64,000 nt of DNA from Rhodocyclaceae bacterium. GTDB taxonomy: Bacteria > Pseudomonadota > Gammaproteobacteria > Burkholderiales > Rhodocyclaceae. Positions 37,453 to 45,694 of the stretch are shown here, one piece after another. The position numbers and the translations under genes are program-made. Position 1 is the first letter of the stretch, and each line of letters starts with the position of its first letter. The notes under the pieces are model-generated. The model searched no databases. It worked only from the letters and a program-made list of their open reading frames with translations, and was not told the DNA's origin. The stretch is taken from assembly GCA_013388985.1 (NCBI GenBank), contig JACAEF010000024.1, positions 8,370 to 72,369 on the forward strand, read 5' to 3'.

Positions 37453-38249
37453 TTGATGGCGCGCTTGAAGTAACCTTGCATCGCGTCACGGCACTCGGGG
37501 CAGTGATCGAGATGATCGACCGCCAGGCCGGCTTCGGTGAGGGCCTTGATCATGATGCCGATTTCTTTTTCCCGCGCGAATGGCTTGCCGCAGGTCTTGC
37601 AGTGGCGCCAGACACCAAGGCTCGTATCGGCACGGCGTTCGGCATGGCGGCGCCGTTGCAGGGTCTTCTTGTCCGGCTCGGCAACGAGTTCAGCCATGGC
37701 CTTGCTGGCAAGCCTGGCAAGCGGAGCGTAGGGGGAAGCGGTGGATTCGGCCTCGATCGCCGCCGTCAGGCGCGGCAGGGCTCCGACCAGACAGACATTG
37801 GCGAACTGCTCGGGGGAAAGCGCCGGATCCGGCTCGCCATACAGGACGGCGAGCGTTTCCAGTTGCACCGACAGATGATCGGGCAAGTCCTTCAGCGCGT
37901 CGCGTTTGACGATGCCCGCCAGCCGGTAGGCGTTTTCGAGTGCGTCGAGGCAGGGGCCGTTCAATGCGCCGTCGATATAGATGCCGAGGTTGAGTTTGGC
38001 GGGGATCGGCGGTTGGAGAAACAGGTGGCTGTAATCCACCAGCAGCCCGAGATTGTCCGGGATGCGGCCGAGGCTGAGGCGGAACGCGGTGAGTTCCGGT
38101 TGTGCTGCGATGCCGAGGGCCGTGCACAGTTCATCGAGATCCTCGACCAGCGCGGTGCGAAAGGCTGTTGCGACTTCAGGGCGCTGCGGCGGCAGGAAGG
38201 CGTTGGCGAGCGTGAGCCAGAAGGTCTGCTTGATTTCGTCGGCTGTCAT
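37449..38249 (-). CDS. TorD-family chaperone fused to a C-terminal CxxC-N30-CxxC zinc-ribbon domain (ArxD-like position)
   Basis: The N-terminal ~180 aa is TorD-like (LVDYSHLF...PDHLSVQLETLAVL). The C-terminus is HCKTCGKPFAREKEIGIMIKALTEAGLAVDHLDHCPEC. Confidence 0.65.
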   Translation of the reverse strand: MTADEIKQTFWLTLANAFLPPQRPEVATAFRTALVEDLDELCTALGIAAQPELTAFRLSLGRIPDNLGLLVDYSHLFLQPPIPAKLNLGIYIDGALNGPCLDALENAYRLAGIVKRDALKDLPDHLSVQLETLAVLYGEPDPALSPEQFANVCLVGALPRLTAAIEAESTASPYAPLARLASKAMAELVAEPDKKTLQRRRHAERRADTSLGVWRHCKTCGKPFAREKEIGIMIKALTEAGLAVDHLDHCPECRDAMQGYFKRAIK

Positions 38250-38306
38250 GGCGAGAAGGCCGATGCGCCAGAGAAGGATGGCGCACCGGCAAACGGCTGA
38301 ATACTA

Positions 38307-39512
38307 TCAGGCGGCGGCGCCCGCCAGCTTGTTTTGCGTTGTGTGATTGGGCGTGGCCGACAGATGGAAGAGTTTCTCACCGATCGCATAGCCACCGAGT
38401 GCCACTGCCAAGCCGAAGATCGCCATCGCCCATTCGGTCGTCGAAGGGAAGTAAGGCTCGAGGCTGTTGACCCACGTGCCCTTGAACATCGGTACGACCT
38501 GACCGCTGACGATGAATTCGTAGCGGTTGATGAACATCCCTCCCAGGACGAGGAAGGCGGCGATCATCTGCGGCTGCATGCGCACCTGCATGCCGGGTTG
38601 CAGCATCATCCAGAACGGGAGGACGAGGCCGAGCAGGAATTCGATCCAGAACAAGGGAGACCTGATGAGGACATGGAATCCTTCCAGTCCGTCGAGGTTG
38701 CTCCACAAGCCGGTCCACATGCGGGTGACGATCATCACCAGGGTGATGCCGATCAGCGTGGCGAACACTTTCGGCAATTGATCGCTTTCGGCCAGCGCAC
38801 GCAATTCGTCAGGCATGTTGCGGTTGTCGAAGTCGAAGGCCATGTAGGTCGTCACCACGATCGCCGCGGCGCCGCAAAGCGCGGCGGTCAGCATGTAGTA
38901 GATCGAGGTGAAGGAACCGAACCACATCGGCCGCATCGCGACGGAACCGAACAGCAGCCCAAGCATGCCGGAGGCGAGGATGACGGCGACGAAGCTGGCT
39001 ACGCCGATGAGCTTGGACAGGTTGCTGTGCCAGTCGTCCTGCATGATCAGGTAGAACTTGATGATCAGCAGCACGAGATCGATCGTGTAGAACACGCCCA
39101 TCCAGAACATCGGACTCGCCACCTGCATGCCGGTGGGCATCGCCCAGAGCATGCGGAAGGGGTGGCCGAGCTCGAACGCCAACACGGCGAAGCCAGAGGC
39201 CAGGGTGATGATGGCCAGCCAGATGCAGCGCTTGACGATCGGATAAAACTGTTTGAAGCCGAACACCATCGCCAATGAAGCGATCATCGACAGGCCGGAG
39301 GAGGTCAGGGCGAAGAACACATAGGTGGCGATCGGCAGCCCCCAGTTGACGCCGTCGCTCGAGGTGTTGAACGCTGCATGACCGACGCTCGTCAACTGAT
39401 AAAGCATGTAGGCGCCGGAAATGCCGCCGACGATGATGCAAGAGACCAGCCAGGCATTGGCCGCCGAACGCACGCGGCTGCTGATCTCCGTCGATTTCGC
39501 GAAAGTTGCCAT
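38307..39512 (-). CDS. NrfD/PsrC-family membrane subunit, 'C2' (ArxC/ArrC-like)
   Basis: 401 aa, about 10 TM helices, directly downstream of the Fe-S subunit. Confidence 0.75.
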   Translation of the reverse strand: MATFAKSTEISSRVRSAANAWLVSCIIVGGISGAYMLYQLTSVGHAAFNTSSDGVNWGLPIATYVFFALTSSGLSMIASLAMVFGFKQFYPIVKRCIWLAIITLASGFAVLAFELGHPFRMLWAMPTGMQVASPMFWMGVFYTIDLVLLIIKFYLIMQDDWHSNLSKLIGVASFVAVILASGMLGLLFGSVAMRPMWFGSFTSIYYMLTAALCGAAAIVVTTYMAFDFDNRNMPDELRALAESDQLPKVFATLIGITLVMIVTRMWTGLWSNLDGLEGFHVLIRSPLFWIEFLLGLVLPFWMMLQPGMQVRMQPQMIAAFLVLGGMFINRYEFIVSGQVVPMFKGTWVNSLEPYFPSTTEWAMAIFGLAVALGGYAIGEKLFHLSATPNHTTQNKLAGAAA

Positions 39513-39523
39513 GAGGATTCTCC

Positions 39524-40276
39524 TTAGATCTTCTTGAGCGAACGTGTGGCGGGAACGGAGCCGCCTTCACCGGTGAGGTAATAGACCTGCGGTTTGTTGC
39601 CGAGGTGATCGAGCAAACGCACGCCGTTCTTGTAGGCGATCTGCCTGTTGACCTCGCTGTTCGGATTCGACAAATCGCCAAAGAACCGGGCGCCGGGCGA
39701 GCAGGTCACGACGCATGCAGGCGTGTATTCGCGCGTGGCGGGATTTTGCGGATCGAAATCCACGGTGCCCTTGGGCGCTTTGCTGACACGGTGAAAACAG
39801 AAGGTGCATTTCGAAACCACGTCGTGCGGCTGCACGCCGACACCGTGCTTCCAATCCTCCTGGGGCATCTTCCAGGGCGGACTCCATGAATGCGCGTCTT
39901 CGCTCTTGAAGACATCTTTCATGTTGGGGCCGCCGTAAGTCGCCTTTTCCTCGGTATAGAAACGCACGCCATAAGGGCAGGCGATCATGCAGTACTTGCA
40001 ACCGATACACCGCTCCCAGTCGATCAGCACCTGACCATCCTCGGCCTTGTAGGTGGCGCGCACCGGGCAGACCGCAACGCACGAAGGGTTCTCGCAATGC
40101 ATGCACGGGCGCGGGAACCATTTGATTTCTGCGTTCGGATATTCACCCTCCTGAAAAAAGATGACGTCTTGCCAATGCTCGCCGGGCAGCCGGCTGTTTT
40201 CCATGCCGCAAGCGATGGTGCAAGCCTGGCAACCCGTGCATTTTTCCAGATCGATGACCATTCCCCACTTTGCCAT
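39524..40276 (-). CDS. 4x[4Fe-4S] electron-transfer subunit, 'B2' (ArxB/ArrB-like)
   Basis: WGMVIDLEKCTGCQACTIAC, CMHCENPSCVAVCP, CIGCKYCMIACP, CTFC...PACVVTC. Confidence 0.85.
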   Translation of the reverse strand: MAKWGMVIDLEKCTGCQACTIACGMENSRLPGEHWQDVIFFQEGEYPNAEIKWFPRPCMHCENPSCVAVCPVRATYKAEDGQVLIDWERCIGCKYCMIACPYGVRFYTEEKATYGGPNMKDVFKSEDAHSWSPPWKMPQEDWKHGVGVQPHDVVSKCTFCFHRVSKAPKGTVDFDPQNPATREYTPACVVTCSPGARFFGDLSNPNSEVNRQIAYKNGVRLLDHLGNKPQVYYLTGEGGSVPATRSLKKI

Positions 40277-40287
40277 GATGCGCTCCT

Positions 40288-43077
40288 TTAGACTCGTTCC
40301 ACACTGACCAGGCCGCTGTGGTAGCAGGCCAGGCCAGACAAGGGTTCCGACAGATTCTCGGTGACTTCGTTGGTGCTGCCGGAGGGTAGGCGGTCCTTGG
40401 CCTCGGCCCAGCGGCCTTGCGCCCAGTGGCCATGGATCATCGGCAGTACGACGGTATCGGGCCGAGTGGTGTGCGTCACGCGCGCGCGCACGCGAATCTC
40501 ACCGATCTTGTTCTTGATCTTGACGATGTCCCCGTCTCGGATGCCACGCTTGGCCGCGGCTTCGGGATGGATTTCGAGAAACACTTCGCGTTTGCCGCCC
40601 TGTACCGGCTGGATCATGGCCGTGACATGCGGCAGATTGGCACTGCGCCCTTCCGCCTGCCCGGCGAGCTTGGGAGAGACGAAATGCAGATCACCATTGC
40701 CGCCGTGCCTGGGTTCGACCCATTGCGGGAAGGGCGCGCGTTCGGCGGGCAGACCGAATCTTTCTTGAACATAGTCGGCATGATGTTCGAGTTCCGTGAC
40801 CTTGAGCTCGAACTTGCCCGTCGGGGTCGGCATCACCTTTTCCTTGACTTCGGCCGCGGTGAGGATCTTGTTGTAGCCCTTGCCATCCCATTCGTAAAAC
40901 ACCCCATCCTTTTGCAGGTAGGCATAGGGCTTGCGGTACCAGACCCCCTTCTGCTTGAAGGTCTCGAAGTCGACGACCCCGTTGTCGCCGGGTTTTTCCT
41001 TGAAGCCTTCGCACATCCACTTGATGATGTTTTCGGTATTGTCGATCTTCTTGTAGTACTCGGCGGTCGGTCCTTTGATGCGCTTGCCGATTTCGATGAT
41101 CACATCGCCGAAGACCTTGGTGTCGTACAACGGCTTGATCGCTGGTGTGCGGATCATCGAGATCGGATAACCCTCGTAAGGATAGGTATCGGCGATTTGC
41201 AAGCGTTCGAGGTAGGTGTGATCGGGAAGGATCAGATCGGCGAACCTGTTGGTTTCGCCAGGAAAGGGCGAGGTGTCGATGACGAAAACTTCGCGCCACA
41301 TCTCCTCCCATTTGGTGCAATCGGGTCCAGAGAACACCGCGCCGGTCATATAGATGATCGCCGTGTCGAGCTTGTAGGGCTCGCCCTTCAGATGGTTGAT
41401 GGCGATCTCCTGCATCATGTTCTTCGCCAGCGGCCATTTTTTCGTCTTGACCATGTCGATGCGCGGCTGTTTTTTCCACGGCCCATCCTTGGCGTAATCG
41501 TCCTGGTAGTCTTCGACCTTGATCGGCAGCTTTGCCCAGGCCGTCTTCATCTGATAGCCGCGCAACCCACCCTTGGCGAACATGTTGCCGGTCAAGGCAT
41601 TGAGCGCATGGATCGCCATACCGTTATAGACGCCGTTGGTGTGCGCCGAGGCGCCGCGTTCGAACAGAGCGACCGCCGGCTTGGTCGTCGCGAATTCGCG
41701 CGCCACTGTGATGATGTCCTTGGCGGAGACGCCGGAGATTTCCTCGGCCCATTCCGGGGTGCGATCTTTCAGTTCGATGTTCCACCACTCGATCAGGCCG
41801 TGCGTCCATTTTTCCTGGAACAGCGGTTGGCCGACGACGGGGACGGGCTCGGGTTTTCTGTCTTTTTCGAGCATGGCACGCTGCTCGGCAATCAGCTTGG
41901 CCTTCGCATCGGCTTCGTCCTGCTTCTTCAGCGCCTCGGCAAGTTTCTTTTCGAGCGCCGCCTTCGCATCTCCTTTGGCCTCTTTGACCGCTTTCTTCAG
42001 CTTGTCGATCTCGGCCAGCATCTTGACCTTTTCTTCAGCCGCCTTTTGCGCCGCCGCGTCCTTCTTCGCGGCGGCTTCGGCCTTGGCGGCTTTCCAGGCG
42101 TCGACGTCTTCCTGATTTACCGTGAGCGGGATCGCTGCGCCTGTCTTGAAGCGATTGATGCCATCGACGAAGTCGCCGACGAAATGCTTGTCCCATAGCC
42201 CTTCGGTGAGGATCACATGCGCCATCGCCAGCGCCAGCGCACCGTCGCGGCCAGGTTTGACGAGTAGCAGGCGGTCGGCGGAGGACCCTGTCGTATTGAG
42301 ATGCACATCGACCACCGTGACCTTGGTCTTCGGCGATTTGCTGCGCATCAGGCCCCATTTCTGCATGTTGGGATTGAAGGGGCGGAAGGCTTCGAGGAAG
42401 CCTGCGCCGAAGACGAGCAGGTAGTTGGTGTTGGCATAATCGTAGGCGCTGTAGGCATGATGCCCGTCCATGATGTGCTTGACGGTTTCGGAAGCATCCG
42501 AGCACATCGAAGAATGGCCGAGGTTGTAGTTCGGCGTGCCGTAGAGTTTGCCGAATTCGGTGAGCAGTCCGACGTCGGAATAGCCCCAGCCGCGCCCGGT
42601 GAGCGTGGCGAAGCGGTGCGATTCACCTTTTTCACGCAGTGCGTTCAGGCGGCCAGCGACGATGTCGAGGGCTTCGTCCCAGGAGATCGGCACGAATTTC
42701 GGATCCTCGTTTCGACCTTTCTTGGGGTTGGTGCGTTTCATCGGCCCCTTGATGCGGTCGGCGTCGTAGGTCAAATACACGCCATAATGCCCCTTCGGGC
42801 AGAGCTTGCCATTGGAGAGGGGATTGTCGAGAGTGCCATAGATCGCGTGGATGCGGCCGTTGGTCGTATAGACGTCGATGCCGCAGCGTGCCGGGCATTG
42901 GTGGCAGAAACTCTTGGTGACCACTGTCTGTCCCGTGGTCGTCGGTGCCTCGGCTTGCGCCTTCTGCACGCTGATCAACTGACTGCCCAGTCCGATGCTG
43001 CCGGCCGCACCTGCAACACCCGTCGCTTGGAGAAACCTGCGGCGTGTCAGTTTCGGATTGAAGAGGGAATCGCTCAT
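40288..43077 (-). CDS. arxA: Tat-exported Mo-bisPGD oxidoreductase catalytic subunit 2, ArxA-like (carries TGRGWG motif), with ~100-aa K/A/E-rich insertion, 'A2'
   Basis: Tat signal LTRRRFLQATGVAGAAG. Canonical C58-x2-C61-x3-C65-x26-C92. TGRGWG at aa 160-165 (nt 42583..42600). Probable Mo-ligand Cys in GHSSMCSD. RBS GAGGAG. Start at Met30 of the ORF, giving 929 aa. Confidence 0.6.
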   Translation of the reverse strand: MSDSLFNPKLTRRRFLQATGVAGAAGSIGLGSQLISVQKAQAEAPTTTGQTVVTKSFCHQCPARCGIDVYTTNGRIHAIYGTLDNPLSNGKLCPKGHYGVYLTYDADRIKGPMKRTNPKKGRNEDPKFVPISWDEALDIVAGRLNALREKGESHRFATLTGRGWGYSDVGLLTEFGKLYGTPNYNLGHSSMCSDASETVKHIMDGHHAYSAYDYANTNYLLVFGAGFLEAFRPFNPNMQKWGLMRSKSPKTKVTVVDVHLNTTGSSADRLLLVKPGRDGALALAMAHVILTEGLWDKHFVGDFVDGINRFKTGAAIPLTVNQEDVDAWKAAKAEAAAKKDAAAQKAAEEKVKMLAEIDKLKKAVKEAKGDAKAALEKKLAEALKKQDEADAKAKLIAEQRAMLEKDRKPEPVPVVGQPLFQEKWTHGLIEWWNIELKDRTPEWAEEISGVSAKDIITVAREFATTKPAVALFERGASAHTNGVYNGMAIHALNALTGNMFAKGGLRGYQMKTAWAKLPIKVEDYQDDYAKDGPWKKQPRIDMVKTKKWPLAKNMMQEIAINHLKGEPYKLDTAIIYMTGAVFSGPDCTKWEEMWREVFVIDTSPFPGETNRFADLILPDHTYLERLQIADTYPYEGYPISMIRTPAIKPLYDTKVFGDVIIEIGKRIKGPTAEYYKKIDNTENIIKWMCEGFKEKPGDNGVVDFETFKQKGVWYRKPYAYLQKDGVFYEWDGKGYNKILTAAEVKEKVMPTPTGKFELKVTELEHHADYVQERFGLPAERAPFPQWVEPRHGGNGDLHFVSPKLAGQAEGRSANLPHVTAMIQPVQGGKREVFLEIHPEAAAKRGIRDGDIVKIKNKIGEIRVRARVTHTTRPDTVVLPMIHGHWAQGRWAEAKDRLPSGSTNEVTENLSEPLSGLACYHSGLVSVERV

Positions 43078-43160
43078 CGTGTTTTCTCCTCGTGGATAAG
43101 ATCGATGCTGATCAGGTCTGCGCACCTTCCTGGGGCGCAAACAACCCATGCCGTTACTCT

Positions 43161-43175
43161 GCAAACTCTGTTCCT
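43161..43175 (-). promoter_or_regulatory. Weak candidate sigma-54 promoter (minus strand AGGAAC-N5-TTGCA) for the A2 operon
   Basis: GG-N10-GC spacing is exact on the minus strand. The -12 TTGCA is good and the -24 is degenerate. Lies about 85 nt upstream of the ATG at 43077. Confidence 0.35.
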
Positions 43176-43346
43176 GAGCGGCACGCTCGGTTATCGTCCG
43201 GAGGACGTTCGTATTTTTTTCATCAACGACAGCAAAGACTTATCGCCTCTGAGGCAAAGGCCGCGATCATTTGCGCATGCGCGCGATAGCTTTGGGAAAG
43301 CCTAGGCCTAAAATAGCCGTTACCGTTTTTCGACAAAGGCCGGACC

Positions 43347-44234
43347 ATGACGAGGGGCGCGTTACCGCTTGAAGACGGCGCGCGTAGGCGCTGGCTGAAG
43401 CAGCTTGCCATCGGCGCGTTGACAGCAGGGATGGGGAAGGCGGTCGGGGCCGCCGCCCCGGGCACGATCCGGGTGGGCATGACGCCCGCCTTCCTCAATG
43501 ACCAGTATTCACTGTTGGCCGACTGGCGTGCTTATCTCCAGGCCAAGCTGGGTATGCCGGTGGAGTTCGTGCAACGTGATCGCTACCGTGAGACGATGGA
43601 CTTGCTCCATCTCGGCAAACTGGATTTCGCCTGGCTGTGTGATTACCCCTTCGTTTTTCTCAAAGACCTGGTCAGACTGCTAGTGGTGCCGCTCAATCAG
43701 GGCAGACCCTATTACCGCTCGTTACTGCTGGTTGGGGCGGCAGACCGCAGACGCAACAGCATGGCCGACCTGGCGGGCGGCGTGTTCGCTTTTGCCGATC
43801 CCTACTCGAATACCGGTTATCTCGCCCCGCGTTACCGGATTCGCGAACTGGGCCGCGATCCCAATACCTTTTTTCGCCAGACATACTTCACCTGGTCGCA
43901 CCGCAAGGTGATCGAAGCCGTGAGCAAAGGCTTTGCGGATGGCGGCGCGGTCGACAGTTTCGTCTGGGATACCCTGGAAAAGGTGCGTCCCGATGTCACC
44001 CAGGGGGCGCGCATCATCGAGCGCTCGCCGGAATATGCCTTTCCACCGTTTGCTGCGCATCGCGCGGTGCCGGCCGAAATGTTCGAGCGTATGCAGAAGG
44101 TGCTGATCGGCATGTCGCAGGACGAATCCGGCCGTTTGTTGCTGACGCGCCTCAATCTCGATGGCTTCATCGTCGGTCGGCGCCAGATGTATGACAGCGT
44201 GGCGAAAATGATGGCGGCATTCGGCGAGATCTGA
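43347..44234 (+). CDS. Periplasmic PhnD-fold oxyanion-binding protein, AioX/ArxX-like, paralogue 2
   Basis: Twin-arginine-like signal (ARRRWLKQLAIGALTAG). Aligns by eye with 26836..27705 over its whole length (GKLDFAWLCDYPF, FFTWSHRKVIEAV, ADGGAVDSFVWDTL). Confidence 0.75.
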   Translation: MTRGALPLEDGARRRWLKQLAIGALTAGMGKAVGAAAPGTIRVGMTPAFLNDQYSLLADWRAYLQAKLGMPVEFVQRDRYRETMDLLHLGKLDFAWLCDYPFVFLKDLVRLLVVPLNQGRPYYRSLLLVGAADRRRNSMADLAGGVFAFADPYSNTGYLAPRYRIRELGRDPNTFFRQTYFTWSHRKVIEAVSKGFADGGAVDSFVWDTLEKVRPDVTQGARIIERSPEYAFPPFAAHRAVPAEMFERMQKVLIGMSQDESGRLLLTRLNLDGFIVGRRQMYDSVAKMMAAFGEI

Positions 44235-45694
44235 TGCGGCGGTTTTTCGATCTCAGCCTACGTCACAAACTGCCTCTGTGGGGGAGCGGGCTGATCGTCG
44301 CCGCGACGCTGCTGGTCTCCGCCGGCCTGATGTATCGTGCCTACGCCGACTTGAAACACGATGTCATCGTCAGTTCCTCTGGGCTGGGACGAACACTGGC
44401 GAAGCCATTGTTTCAGGCTCTGCTCCACGACGATCTGTGGCGCGCCATCGAAATCATCAACTCGCCGTTGCAAGGGGGAAGCCATGATGCGCCAATGCAG
44501 GCGAGCGTGATTTTCATCCTCGATCCGGCGCTGAAAGTCAGGGCTTCGACAGCGCCGCGCAGCATGCCGCTCGATGCCGAGCTCGACAGCTTGGGGCAAG
44601 ACTATCGTCTCCTGGCGGCCGCGCTCGAGACTGCCGATCCGCAACAAAGCCACACCTTCGAATTCGCCGAATCGGATTACCTGCATGTCACCACGCCGCT
44701 GGCGGAGGAGGGCGGCCATCTCGGCACGCTCGTCATCACTCATTCCAAAAACGATTTCCTGCCACGCTTTTCCAGCATTGCGCTCGAAGGCGCCGGTATG
44801 GGTCTGCTGGCGCTCGCGATCCTGCTACCCATCAATTGGTATTGGGGGCGGCGCATGGCCGAACCGCTCGTGCAGTTGGCCAGTAATATGGCTTTGATGG
44901 TCAAGGGGGCGCCGGCGAATCTGCACCCCGAACTGTATGCCTACCACGACGAACTCGGCCAGCTCTTCAATGCCTACCGGCAGGCGGCTGAGGAAATCAG
45001 CGCCAAGGCGGCGCTCGAACGCGAGATGCTGCGTTCCGAGCGTCTGGCGGCGATAGGCAGGCTGGCCGCCGGCATCGCCCATGAAGTGAACAATCCGCTG
45101 ACCGGCATGCTGATCGCGCTGGACAATCTCAAGCAACGCAAGCCGGACCATGGCATCGATGCCAAGCTCATGCGCACGCTCGAATTCCTCGAGCGCGGGC
45201 TGGCGCAGATCTCTGAAACCATCGGTGCGCTGCTCGTCGAGTCGCGCGTGCAATTGCGCCCCCTCGAACGCCATGATTTCGAGGATGTCCGTACCTTGAT
45301 CGAACCCCAAGCCGCGCGCAGGTCGTTGCGGCTCGATTGGCAGGTTGCGGTCGCGGATCCGATCCCCGTCGCCGCTGGACAAGTGCGCCAGATTCTGATC
45401 AACCTGTTGCTGAACGCGGTCCAAGCCACCGCCAACGGCGGCCGGATCCGCTTCTCCGCCGAGAAACGCAATGACGGATTGCTGCTGGACGTGACCAATG
45501 AAGGTGTTCCGCCCCCTCCGCAGGTGCTCGCCCATATCTTTGAGCCCTTCGTCTCCGGGCGGGAAGGAGGGCATGGTCTCGGCCTGTGGGTGACTTACCA
45601 GACCGTCCAGCAATTGGGCGGGACGATCGTCATCGAAACGCCCGAGGGTCAGGTAACCTTCCGCGTCCACCTGCCAATCAAGGAAAACGGATGA
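44234..45694 (+). CDS. Sensor histidine kinase (AioS/ArxS-like), paralogue 2
   Basis: Two TM helices plus a periplasmic domain, H-box AHEVNNPL, LINLLLNAV, GHGLGLW. Start overlaps the upstream stop (TGATG). Confidence 0.8.
   Translation: MRRFFDLSLRHKLPLWGSGLIVAATLLVSAGLMYRAYADLKHDVIVSSSGLGRTLAKPLFQALLHDDLWRAIEIINSPLQGGSHDAPMQASVIFILDPALKVRASTAPRSMPLDAELDSLGQDYRLLAAALETADPQQSHTFEFAESDYLHVTTPLAEEGGHLGTLVITHSKNDFLPRFSSIALEGAGMGLLALAILLPINWYWGRRMAEPLVQLASNMALMVKGAPANLHPELYAYHDELGQLFNAYRQAAEEISAKAALEREMLRSERLAAIGRLAAGIAHEVNNPLTGMLIALDNLKQRKPDHGIDAKLMRTLEFLERGLAQISETIGALLVESRVQLRPLERHDFEDVRTLIEPQAARRSLRLDWQVAVADPIPVAAGQVRQILINLLLNAVQATANGGRIRFSAEKRNDGLLLDVTNEGVPPPPQVLAHIFEPFVSGREGGHGLGLWVTYQTVQQLGGTIVIETPEGQVTFRVHLPIKENG

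Noticed and set aside
43195-43226. Stem CGTCC-GGA-GGACG followed by a T7 run, which looks superficially like a rho-independent terminator.
   Set aside because: It lies in a divergent promoter region with no upstream gene to terminate. The stem is only 5 bp and 6 nt separate it from the T-run. It is more likely a binding site or fortuitous.
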